A stretch of DNA of 64,000 nucleotides from assembly GCA_040876835.1 (NCBI GenBank), contig JBBDOX010000010.1, positions 8,230-72,229 of the forward strand, read 5' to 3'. The notes beneath the pieces are model-generated. The model made no database searches. It was not told the DNA's origin and saw only the letters and a list, made by a program, of their open reading frames with translations. The position numbers were made by a program, and so were the translations under genes. Within the stretch, counting starts at the first letter, position 1, and every line of letters starts with the position of its first letter. Source of the stretch: Candidatus Anderseniibacteriota bacterium. GTDB taxonomy: Bacteria > Patescibacteriota > Andersenbacteria > UBA10190. Positions 11,209 through 17,857 of the stretch are shown here, piece after piece.

Positions 11209-12495
11209 ATGAGTGTTAGCCCTAAATCTACAGCCTTAGCGATTCTGGTTATTGTAAGTGCAGCCTCACTGTTAGGATTCGGCTGCCGTAGACCTCAGGG
11301 GGGTTTGGGAGATAGCACCTCTCAGAAACTTGTAGTGTGGGGCTTATGGCAGGAGAGTGCTGATATGGATGCTGTTGTTAAGGCTTTTCAGGAGCAGACC
11401 GGAGTTGGCGTCGAGTACAAAAAAATTGGGTCAGTAGCTACGTATGAAAAGACCCTCCTTGGTGCATTGGCCGAAGGGCGAGGTCCGGACGTATTTGTGA
11501 TCCATCATACCTGGATAGAGGGCAAGCGCGGACTATTGAGTCCTGCCCCTAGTGAAGTGATTAATCTACGGCAGTTAAAAGATGAATTTGTATCAGTTGT
11601 TGAGGAGGATGTTGTTCGCGACGGCCTCATATATGCTTTGCCGACTTCGGTAGACACGCTGGGCTTGTATTACAACCAGGATTTGTTAAGTGCTGCCGGA
11701 GTAGCCCGCCCACCACGGACCTGGCAGGATTTTCAGCGGACAATAGAAAGTATTACTAAAGTTTCGCGCCTTGGTATTATCGAGCAAAGCGGAGCAGCTA
11801 TAGGCACGGCTTCTAATGTAAACCGTGCTGGAGACATTCTTCAGCTTCTCATGATCCAGAGCGGACTTGATGTTATAGGCAGCACGGGGCGAATTGATAT
11901 TGATAATGAGGCTGGGGAAAAAGCTCTTATTTTCTACACAGATTTTTCAAATAAGTCGAAGAAAGTATATACGTGGGATCTGACACAAGATTTTTCAATT
12001 GATGCGTTTGCAGCGGGTAAAACTGCCATTATGTTGAATTACTCATATCATCTACCGACGCTAAAAGCGAAAAACCCTCGATTGAGATTCGGAATTGCTC
12101 CTATGCCGCAGATTGCTGACAGTACTCCTGTTACTTTCGCAAGCTACTGGCCGTTTGCTGTTTCTCCCTCTTCACAGGCACCACAGGCTGCCTGGCAGTT
12201 TGTGCGCTTTTTGACCAGTGCTCCCATTGCGCAAATCATTAATGACGCCCAGGGGGCGCCGCCAGCTCTCCGGGAGAGTATCGTAGCGGCTCGTTCTAAT
12301 CCAGAGCTGGGAGTATTTGCCGATCAGGCCCTTCTAGCAACCAGTTGGCCACGGGTTGATATCGTCGCCACAGATGCTATTTTTAATGCTATGATAGATG
12401 AAGTTGTGACGGGGTCGATCACGGTTAAGGATGCTCTCCGTCGCGCTCAAGATCAGCTTCAGCAGCTAATACCAAACGATGCAAATCCTTCCTAA
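11209..12495 (+). CDS. extracellular solute-binding lipoprotein (ABC SBP family 1, MalE/UgpB-like); orphan, no permease genes adjacent
   Basis: The ATG at 11209 follows the stop of the upstream gene. Lipobox LLGFGC. PDVFVIHHTWI matches the MalE-like PDIIFWAHDRFG region. The ORF track start at 11158 is a TTG within the upstream gene and was rejected. Confidence 0.7.
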   Translation: MSVSPKSTALAILVIVSAASLLGFGCRRPQGGLGDSTSQKLVVWGLWQESADMDAVVKAFQEQTGVGVEYKKIGSVATYEKTLLGALAEGRGPDVFVIHHTWIEGKRGLLSPAPSEVINLRQLKDEFVSVVEEDVVRDGLIYALPTSVDTLGLYYNQDLLSAAGVARPPRTWQDFQRTIESITKVSRLGIIEQSGAAIGTASNVNRAGDILQLLMIQSGLDVIGSTGRIDIDNEAGEKALIFYTDFSNKSKKVYTWDLTQDFSIDAFAAGKTAIMLNYSYHLPTLKAKNPRLRFGIAPMPQIADSTPVTFASYWPFAVSPSSQAPQAAWQFVRFLTSAPIAQIINDAQGAPPALRESIVAARSNPELGVFADQALLATSWPRVDIVATDAIFNAMIDEVVTGSITVKDALRRAQDQLQQLIPNDANPS

Positions 12496-12829
12496 AAACA
12501 AACACCTTCTTCTTGCTACTGCCAGTATGTGGGTCTTGCCGCTTATGGTTGCTGCTGCCGGAATAGAGAATCCTATCAAAGGAACCGAAACTATTCAGGC
12601 TGTGCTTATAAACTTCATTCAATGGCTGCTGAGACTTGTAGGTTTATTAGCTTTAGGGGCGTTGGTGTGGGGAGGCATTCGGTTTACGGTGTCGTTTGGT
12701 AACGAAGCAGCTGTTAAATCTGCCAAGCAGATCATCACGTGGGCAGTTGTTGGTTTGATAACCGTGATACTATCGTACGCGATTGTTAATATTGTAAAAC
12801 GGTTCCTAAGCGGACCAGTAGCGGGGTAG
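12479..12829 (+). CDS. VirB2/TrbC-like two-TM pilin-like small protein, paralog 1 of 8
   Basis: 116 aa. Signal peptide, short variable segment, then TM1-GG-loop(SFGNEAAVKSAKQ)-TM2 (VVGLITVILSYAIVNIV). Overlaps the SBP stop by 17 nt. Confidence 0.6.
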   Translation: MQILPKNKHLLLATASMWVLPLMVAAAGIENPIKGTETIQAVLINFIQWLLRLVGLLALGALVWGGIRFTVSFGNEAAVKSAKQIITWAVVGLITVILSYAIVNIVKRFLSGPVAG

Positions 12830-12832
12830 TAT

Positions 12833-13171
12833 ATGGCCGATCCAGTTAAACCAGGTACAAGTTTTTTTGAGGATGGTCTAACCAAGGCTAAAAATGTTGA
12901 CCCAACTCTGGGTGGTGTGGCGGACGGGATAGAGACTACGCTCCTAGAGAATATTATTAATTGGCTATTATCGATATCCGCTGTGTTAGCACTGCTGGCT
13001 CTCGTAGTTGGTGGAATGATGTATATCATCTCCTTCGGCGATGAAGCGAAGGTAAAAAAAGCAAAAAGTATTATTATTTACGCCATTACCGGTTTGATTG
13101 TTGTTGGTATTTCATTCTTCATTATCAACACAATCAAGGAGTTCTTGACGGTTAAGCCACCAAATCCATGA
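12833..13171 (+). CDS. VirB2/TrbC-like two-TM pilin-like small protein, paralog 2 of 8 (no cleavable signal peptide)
   Basis: 112 aa. Hydrophilic 45-aa N-terminus, then the conserved core ..VVGGMMYIISFGDEAKVKKAKSIIIYAITGLIVVGISFFIIN.. Confidence 0.6.
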   Translation: MADPVKPGTSFFEDGLTKAKNVDPTLGGVADGIETTLLENIINWLLSISAVLALLALVVGGMMYIISFGDEAKVKKAKSIIIYAITGLIVVGISFFIINTIKEFLTVKPPNP

Positions 13172-13587
13172 TTATCAAACACACGGCTGTGTTAATAGGA
13201 ATGGTGTCTCTTCTTTGTTTCGCTGGGCTTACTTCAGTGAGCGTGTATGCTGCCGATGGAGATGACGAAAAACCTGCCACAGGTTTTTTAAAGGGATTTG
13301 GAACCGTTAACAAAATTGCCAGCGATAGTGGTGTTCAGAAAGACCAGAACCTGAGCCAGGTCATCCTGCGTATTACAGGAATGATTGTTGCTCTTGTCAG
13401 TGTTGTGGCCCTGGCCATGGTTATCATTGGAGGGTTCCTGTACTTAATTTCTGGTGGTCAGGAGGACAAGGTAAAGAAGGCAAAAAACCTCATCTTGGCT
13501 GCTATTATTGGAATAGTTATTGTTGGTGTTGCGGGCTTAGTTGTTAACTTTGTTGTTAATATTTTTGTAGCTGCTCCTAAAGGCTAG
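13168..13587 (+). CDS. VirB2/TrbC-like two-TM pilin-like small protein, paralog 3 of 8
   Basis: 139 aa. Signal peptide (..VSVYA/ADG), about 50-aa variable ectodomain, core ..IIGGFLYLISGGQEDKVKKAKNLILAAIIGIVIVGVAGLVVNFV.. Confidence 0.6.
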   Translation: MIIKHTAVLIGMVSLLCFAGLTSVSVYAADGDDEKPATGFLKGFGTVNKIASDSGVQKDQNLSQVILRITGMIVALVSVVALAMVIIGGFLYLISGGQEDKVKKAKNLILAAIIGIVIVGVAGLVVNFVVNIFVAAPKG

Positions 13588-14006
13588 TGATCATGAATAT
13601 AAAATTTCTTAAATATATATCAGTGTTTTTAATAGCATTTTCTTTGGTTGCAGGTCTTGGTTCGGCTGCCTTCCTCTCTTCTTCAGTCGTATACGCTCAA
13701 AATAACAACAATGCCAAGAAATTTGGACCTGTTAATTGTGGTGATCTGGGTATTCAATGTGATACCGATGCGAATGAAACTAAAGTTATCGCTATCATTC
13801 AAAAAGTCATCAACGTTTTTCTGTCCATTATTGCTATCATTGCAGTGGGAATGTTGATATACGGAGGCGTGCTATTCCTGACGTCTGCGGGTGATGAAAC
13901 AAAAACCAAGCAGGCAAAAAATCTCATTTTGTATGTTGTTGTGGGGCTGATAGTCATTGGTCTTTCAGCAGTGATTGTGAACTTTACTATTAATGCGATC
14001 AGGTAG
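13587..14006 (+). CDS. VirB2/TrbC-like two-TM pilin-like small protein, paralog 4 of 8
   Basis: 139 aa. Signal peptide (..VVYA/QNN), variable region with a C-x6-C motif (CGDLGIQC), core ..IYGGVLFLTSAGDETKTKQAKNLILYVVVGLIVIGLSAVIVNF.. Confidence 0.6.
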   Translation: MIMNIKFLKYISVFLIAFSLVAGLGSAAFLSSSVVYAQNNNNAKKFGPVNCGDLGIQCDTDANETKVIAIIQKVINVFLSIIAIIAVGMLIYGGVLFLTSAGDETKTKQAKNLILYVVVGLIVIGLSAVIVNFTINAIR

Positions 14007-14010
14007 CCCT

Positions 14011-14385
14011 ATGAGTGAAAAGCAGTTATTTCGCGCGCTGCGATCAATCATGTTTGTAAGCACTGTTGGAGTGCTTACTCTGATTGTGTTCCCGGCCGCC
14101 GCCAAGCTGGATGAGGTACCTCCTGGAGCCTGTAGTACCTGGAATATTGTCTGTGGGAGCGATCTAGGAGGGGCTATCTATGGCATAATCAATACCTTCC
14201 TTGTTCTTGTTGCTGTTGTTGCGGCAGTGTTTGTTGTCATTGGCGGATTTCAGTTTATAACTTCATCGGGAGACGAAACTCAGGCAACAAAAGGTAAAAA
14301 GACTCTTTTATACGCAACAATCGGACTGATTGTCGTTGGACTGTCAGCCGCAATAGTTAACTTCGTTCTTTCGTCGTTTGGTTAA
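14011..14385 (+). CDS. VirB2/TrbC-like two-TM pilin-like small protein, paralog 5 of 8
   Basis: The ATG at 14011 lies just after the paralog-4 stop (an alternative ATG at 13993 would overlap). Signal peptide, C-x6-C (CSTWNIVC), core ..VIGGFQFITSSGDETQATKGKKTLLYATIGLIVVGLSAAIVNFV.. Confidence 0.6.
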   Translation: MSEKQLFRALRSIMFVSTVGVLTLIVFPAAAKLDEVPPGACSTWNIVCGSDLGGAIYGIINTFLVLVAVVAAVFVVIGGFQFITSSGDETQATKGKKTLLYATIGLIVVGLSAAIVNFVLSSFG

Positions 14386-14404
14386 GGAGTGGTACAATAC
14401 GGAC

Positions 14405-14752
14405 ATGCGAAAGTCTGTAGAAACATACAGCGCCCTGACTATACTATTACTTTTTGTACCCTTCTTCGTACAAGCTCAAGGCTTAACAAAAGCTGTGCCC
14501 TTTGCCGGTACAGCCCAAACTCCTCTCATTGGGGCTGTTCAGACTATTATCAATGTACTTTTGATGCTGATCGCCATTGTGGCAGCAATTTACCTGATTG
14601 TTGGCGGACTGCAGTTTATAACTTCATCGGGAGACGAAACTCAGGCAGGAAAAGGCAAGAAAAATATCCTGTATGCAGTTATCGGGCTTATTGTTGTGGG
14701 ATTGTCTGCAGCAATAGTTAACTTTGTAATTGACGCTATCGCCTTAGCCTAG
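14405..14752 (+). CDS. VirB2/TrbC-like two-TM pilin-like small protein, paralog 6 of 8
   Basis: ATG at 14405 with an AAGGAG 15 nt upstream (the track start at 14378 is a TTG). Core ..IVGGLQFITSSGDETQAGKGKKNILYAVIGLIVVGLSAAIVNFV.. Shares a 36-nt identical stretch with paralog 5. Confidence 0.6.
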   Translation: MRKSVETYSALTILLLFVPFFVQAQGLTKAVPFAGTAQTPLIGAVQTIINVLLMLIAIVAAIYLIVGGLQFITSSGDETQAGKGKKNILYAVIGLIVVGLSAAIVNFVIDAIALA

Positions 14753-14791
14753 GTGATAGTTTCTTCTCTACTACTAAGGAGGTGAGGGAGT

Positions 14792-15145
14792 ATGAAAATT
14801 AAGAATTGGTTCCAAAACAGTATTCTTCCAGCATTGGTACTAGCCGCACCTTTCCAGGCGCTGGCCGTTGGATTGACGGGTGATAATTTCGATTTTGCGG
14901 GAGACGCAGATTCTGATCTTATTACCGCTATCGAGAATATTATTAACTGGGGCTTGATGCTTGCGGCACTTGTGGCTGCAATCTTCCTCATTATCGGTGG
15001 CATTCAATACATCACCTCGCAGGGAGATGATACCAAAGCTGAAACGGCAAAAAATACCATTTTGTTCGCAGTTATTGGTCTGATTGTTATTGGCTTAGCT
15101 GCCGCTATCGTACGATTTGTCATTCAGGCAATTAACGTAGCATAA
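14792..15145 (+). CDS. VirB2/TrbC-like two-TM pilin-like small protein, paralog 7 of 8
   Basis: 117 aa. GGAGGTGAGGGAG SD upstream. Signal peptide, acidic variable segment (DNFDFAGDADSDL), core ..IIGGIQYITSQGDDTKAETAKNTILFAVIGLIVIGLAAAIVRFV.. Confidence 0.6.
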   Translation: MKIKNWFQNSILPALVLAAPFQALAVGLTGDNFDFAGDADSDLITAIENIINWGLMLAALVAAIFLIIGGIQYITSQGDDTKAETAKNTILFAVIGLIVIGLAAAIVRFVIQAINVA

Positions 15146-15163
15146 GCTTAGAACCAGAATCGA

Positions 15164-15200
15164 AAGAAAGCCGGCTCTGCAAAGACCGGCTTTCTTGTTG
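15164..15200 (+). terminator. rho-independent terminator after pilin-like paralog 7
   Basis: Perfect 11-bp stem AAGAAAGCCGG / CCGGCTTTCTT with an 11-nt loop, followed by TTGTTGTG. Confidence 0.6.
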
Positions 15201-15215
15201 TGATATGATTAACAT

Positions 15216-15434
15216 ATGAGTAACATTCCTTTCCTTGTTTACCCCATTAACGGCATTTTGCTTATTGTCGTGTTGGTAGCTGGAGTCTTGTTATTAAAAA
15301 ATGCGAGTCTTTATAACTACGCTGTTGGAGATGACGCCAAGCAGGCAGTGTTGAAATACAAGGTTCTTAAGCTCATTGTTCTGATTTCCGGAATTGCTTT
15401 TGCCGCCGCTGTTTTCAATCTTCTGACTTTATAA
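15216..15434 (+). CDS. core-only pilin-like paralog 8 (TM1-loop-TM2 module without signal peptide or variable region)
   Basis: 72 aa. ..LLIVVLVAGVLLL..YAVGDDAKQAVLKYKVLKLIVLISGIAFAAAVF.. mirrors the conserved C-terminal module of paralogs 1-7. Native AT-rich composition. Confidence 0.45.
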   Translation: MSNIPFLVYPINGILLIVVLVAGVLLLKNASLYNYAVGDDAKQAVLKYKVLKLIVLISGIAFAAAVFNLLTL

Positions 15435-15441
15435 AAAAGAA

Positions 15442-15488
15442 TCCCCCGAGCGAAGCAGGCGCACAATGGCGTTGCTTCACTCGGGGGT
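15442..15488. terminator. bidirectional GC-rich terminator hairpin at the boundary between the pilin array and the high-GC islet
   Basis: Long imperfect stem CCCCCGAGCGAAGCAGGCGC..GCGTTGCTTCACTCGGGGG. Flanked by AAAAAAGA on the 5' side and TGTTGTC on the 3' side. Convergent genes end on either side. Confidence 0.55.
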
Positions 15489-15492
15489 GTTG

Positions 15493-16527
15493 TCACCGGG
15501 GCTGTACGAGTCGAACGACTTCGACGCGTACTCCCTGCGGTAGGGCAGGGATGCCTACGGTGACTTCTGCAGCCGTTGCTCCGGCGAGCGAGCTGCCCTC
15601 AAGCTCTATCGGCAGAATTTCTGTTTCTGCCGCATAGAGCTTCTTCTCGACCACCGCGCCGTTGTCACCGAACAGGCGCAGCGTTACTGGCAGGTCGAGC
15701 GCCAGACCCCCCGCTTCCATGGGGAGGTAGTGCTTTTCCGCCGGCACCGTCTCTGTGGCCGGGTACTTTATCGTCACATGGAGTGTGACGAGGTACGCTG
15801 CCGGGTCCGGAATGAACCGGTAGCTCGCCACGCCGGCTCTTCCAGACCCGACGGTCACTTCGTCCGCGAAGCGGAGTCGCTTTGACGGGTCGCTTTCGTC
15901 CCCGTACTCAACCGTCATAGTAGCGAACGCGTCTTGGGCGTGATTCACCATTGCCTGGAAAGCAACGATGATCATGCTCCAACCTTCTACTTCCGTCCCG
16001 CGGAACCGCAAGTTCCCGGGCTCAGAAGCTCTTCTCTCCTCCCCGTTGACCCAGACCCAAAAGCTCGAGTGGTAATCGTCGAGGGTCATCGTGACCCACT
16101 TACTTACTGGCTCGAGCAGAGCCATGTTCGCTGGTGTCCCTTGGGGGGGACCCTTCTTGTTTCCCCGAACGGGGTACTGAACAGAGACCCGCGTAGGAAT
16201 CTCCGTGGGGACGAGGAGGTTCGGTGAGGTCCTCACCCGCGCCAGGCGAGTAAGCCTAGCGCTTTCCTCGGGCGAGAACTGCTGCTTGGAGGTAGGCCTT
16301 GCGTTGCTGCCGTTAGCTTGGGCAGCTGGCTCGGCGTACGCTGCGAGGAGAACTAAGGCCCCCACAGCTGCGAACACCACGCTTGCCACCAATCCCCAAC
16401 CAACGATCCCTCCCTTGCCGGAGAAGAAACTCTTGCCTCGGCTGTAGTGCATGATGGTGATAGCCGCCACCAGCGTGGTCAAGGCCGCCACCAGCAGCGC
16501 GCCGAACGTAAGTGCGAAAGTCAGCAT
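15493..16527 (-). CDS. membrane-anchored protein (two N-terminal TM helices plus a 270-aa extracytoplasmic domain) in the high-GC islet; possible SPFH partner (NfeD-like topology)
   Basis: Start re-assigned to ATG 16527, which is preceded by AAGGAG at 6-nt spacing and lies 11 nt after the SPFH stop. About 62% GC. The NfeD-like idea rests on topology only. Confidence 0.5.
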   Translation of the reverse strand: MLTFALTFGALLVAALTTLVAAITIMHYSRGKSFFSGKGGIVGWGLVASVVFAAVGALVLLAAYAEPAAQANGSNARPTSKQQFSPEESARLTRLARVRTSPNLLVPTEIPTRVSVQYPVRGNKKGPPQGTPANMALLEPVSKWVTMTLDDYHSSFWVWVNGEERRASEPGNLRFRGTEVEGWSMIIVAFQAMVNHAQDAFATMTVEYGDESDPSKRLRFADEVTVGSGRAGVASYRFIPDPAAYLVTLHVTIKYPATETVPAEKHYLPMEAGGLALDLPVTLRLFGDNGAVVEKKLYAAETEILPIELEGSSLAGATAAEVTVGIPALPQGVRVEVVRLVQPR

Positions 16528-16538
16528 GTTGGCTCCTT

Positions 16539-17576
16539 TCATGGAGTCTTCTTTGGGGGGTTGTCTTGCTTGCCCGTTGTGCGCTGACCGCGCGCCATGC
16601 GGGCGAGGGGGGCAAGAATGTCAACGACGCCATCACCGGCCGCAAAGATGTTGAACGTCTCGGCCTGTTTGAGCGCCTCGTAGCCGAGAACTTGGTCAGC
16701 GGACACGCCGGTTCTCCTGCTGATCTCCGCAACGCGGAGACCTTCCGCTTTTCCTTCGTTTCTGCGGATTCCGGGAAGAGCCAGCGCCTTCAAGTACTCC
16801 GGGTTATCCGTGAGCACCTGGGTGACGATGATGTCCACCCCGTTCCTCGACAGAACGCTTGGGCCATTAAAGGCCCGGTTGAAGTTGGTCTTGCTGCGGA
16901 CGAGGATGCCCGCTTGAGCAAAAACCGACTCTTCTTCTGCCAGCTCAAGGCCGAGCAGCCTCTCGAAATCCGCAAGGCGCCCAGCAATGTTGGTAAACTT
17001 GCTCTGGCAGGCAACCTTGCGCACGTTTTCCCAAACGACGTCCTCGGTGGCATCGAGGATCGCCCGTGTAATACACGGTTGATCCGTGTCGTACGACACC
17101 CGCTTCTCTTCTCCTGTCACGGGGTCGTAGGAACTTCGGTAAGTCGTCGGCCGCTTTTCTGCCAGATTCTTTCCAAGGCCGAGGACATTGATCCGCCGGA
17201 TAAAAAGATCCAGGCGGGCGTCCAAGCGGATGGTGATTGTCACCCGCAGGACAAGCGGAAGCATGTCCTTGTCGTAGACCTCCGTCGGCCGGTAGCGCAA
17301 CTGAATGTCCGTTGTCGGGAAGTAAACTCCCGATGCAAACGGAGGAACGAGGACCGCGATGTTGAACCCCAGGATGCCCAGGCGGGCGTCCTTATTCAAC
17401 CCGTGCTTCTCGGCATACTCTGCTGGCACGTAAACGTGCCGGTAGTCGCCGAAAATAAAGGTTGCGAGATACATATCGCTCTCCCACTGCCAGACTCCCG
17501 TGAAGAGGATGTAGGCGACGCCTACGACGAAGAGCCACAGAAACACACCGAGAAGGACCACAGACAAAAGACTCAT
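16539..17576 (-). CDS. SPFH/band-7 (stomatin/prohibitin-like) domain membrane protein in the high-GC islet
   Basis: Start re-assigned to ATG 17576 with an AAGGAG 7 nt upstream. The track ORF ran on through the tRNA-Leu gene. N-terminal TM (LLSVVLLGVFLWLFVVGVAYILF) followed by a band-7-like domain. About 62% GC. Confidence 0.5.
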   Translation of the reverse strand: MSLLSVVLLGVFLWLFVVGVAYILFTGVWQWESDMYLATFIFGDYRHVYVPAEYAEKHGLNKDARLGILGFNIAVLVPPFASGVYFPTTDIQLRYRPTEVYDKDMLPLVLRVTITIRLDARLDLFIRRINVLGLGKNLAEKRPTTYRSSYDPVTGEEKRVSYDTDQPCITRAILDATEDVVWENVRKVACQSKFTNIAGRLADFERLLGLELAEEESVFAQAGILVRSKTNFNRAFNGPSVLSRNGVDIIVTQVLTDNPEYLKALALPGIRRNEGKAEGLRVAEISRRTGVSADQVLGYEALKQAETFNIFAAGDGVVDILAPLARMARGQRTTGKQDNPPKKTP

Positions 17577-17648
17577 GGTATCGCTCCTTGCTTGAGGTTG
17601 GTAAAAGGGCAGTAGATCGGCCGAAACTACTCCAGTCAGTAACCTACT

Positions 17649-17677
17649 TTTATATATCAATAATCGTAACTTGTCAA
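17649..17677 (-). promoter_or_regulatory. near-consensus sigma70-type promoter for the SPFH operon
   Basis: Minus strand reads TTGACA, then a 17-nt spacer, then TATAAA. It lies about 70 nt upstream of the SPFH start and just downstream of tRNA-Leu. Confidence 0.35.
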
Positions 17678-17714
17678 TACCATTACAGTTATAATGGCTC
17701 AACAAAGGTAAAGG

Positions 17715-17798
17715 TGCGGATGAGAGGACTTGAACCTCCACGGGCTTGCGCCCACATGGTCCTAAGCCATGCGCGTATACCAATTCCGCCACATCCGC
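17715..17798 (-). tRNA. tRNA-Leu (anticodon TAG), class II with a 15-nt variable arm
   Basis: Hand-folded. Acceptor GCGGATG/CATCCGC, 3-bp D-stem, anticodon stem CATGG/CCATG with loop CT-TAG-GA, variable arm TGGGCGCAAGCCCGT, T-loop TTCAAGT. No CCA. Confidence 0.85.
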
Positions 17799-17857
17799 TT
17801 ATACTGTGATTCCTAGAATCTTTCTAATAATACCTAAATGGCCGTAATTTGCACGTT

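Noticed and set aside
12862-13075. Homopolymer tracts (T7 at 12862-12868, A7 at about 13060) inside pilin paralog 2 as phase-variation switches
   Set aside because: The A7 tract is explained by the Lys-rich KVKKAK loop that all paralogs share. A 7-nt tract is marginal for slipped-strand mispairing, and there is no supporting read-length heterogeneity data.
16512-17615. 367-aa plus-strand ORF across high-GC islet 1
   Set aside because: It is antisense to the SD-supported SPFH and membrane-protein genes. The sequence is Arg/Leu/Gly-rich low-complexity, typical of spurious ORFs on the non-coding strand of high-GC DNA, and it has no SD.
16539-17792. Track ORF extending the SPFH gene to 417 aa through the tRNA-Leu gene
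   Set aside because: The N-terminal 72 residues are the translation of the tRNA-Leu gene and the promoter. An internal ATG at 17576 has a perfect AAGGAG SD and starts exactly at the TM helix.
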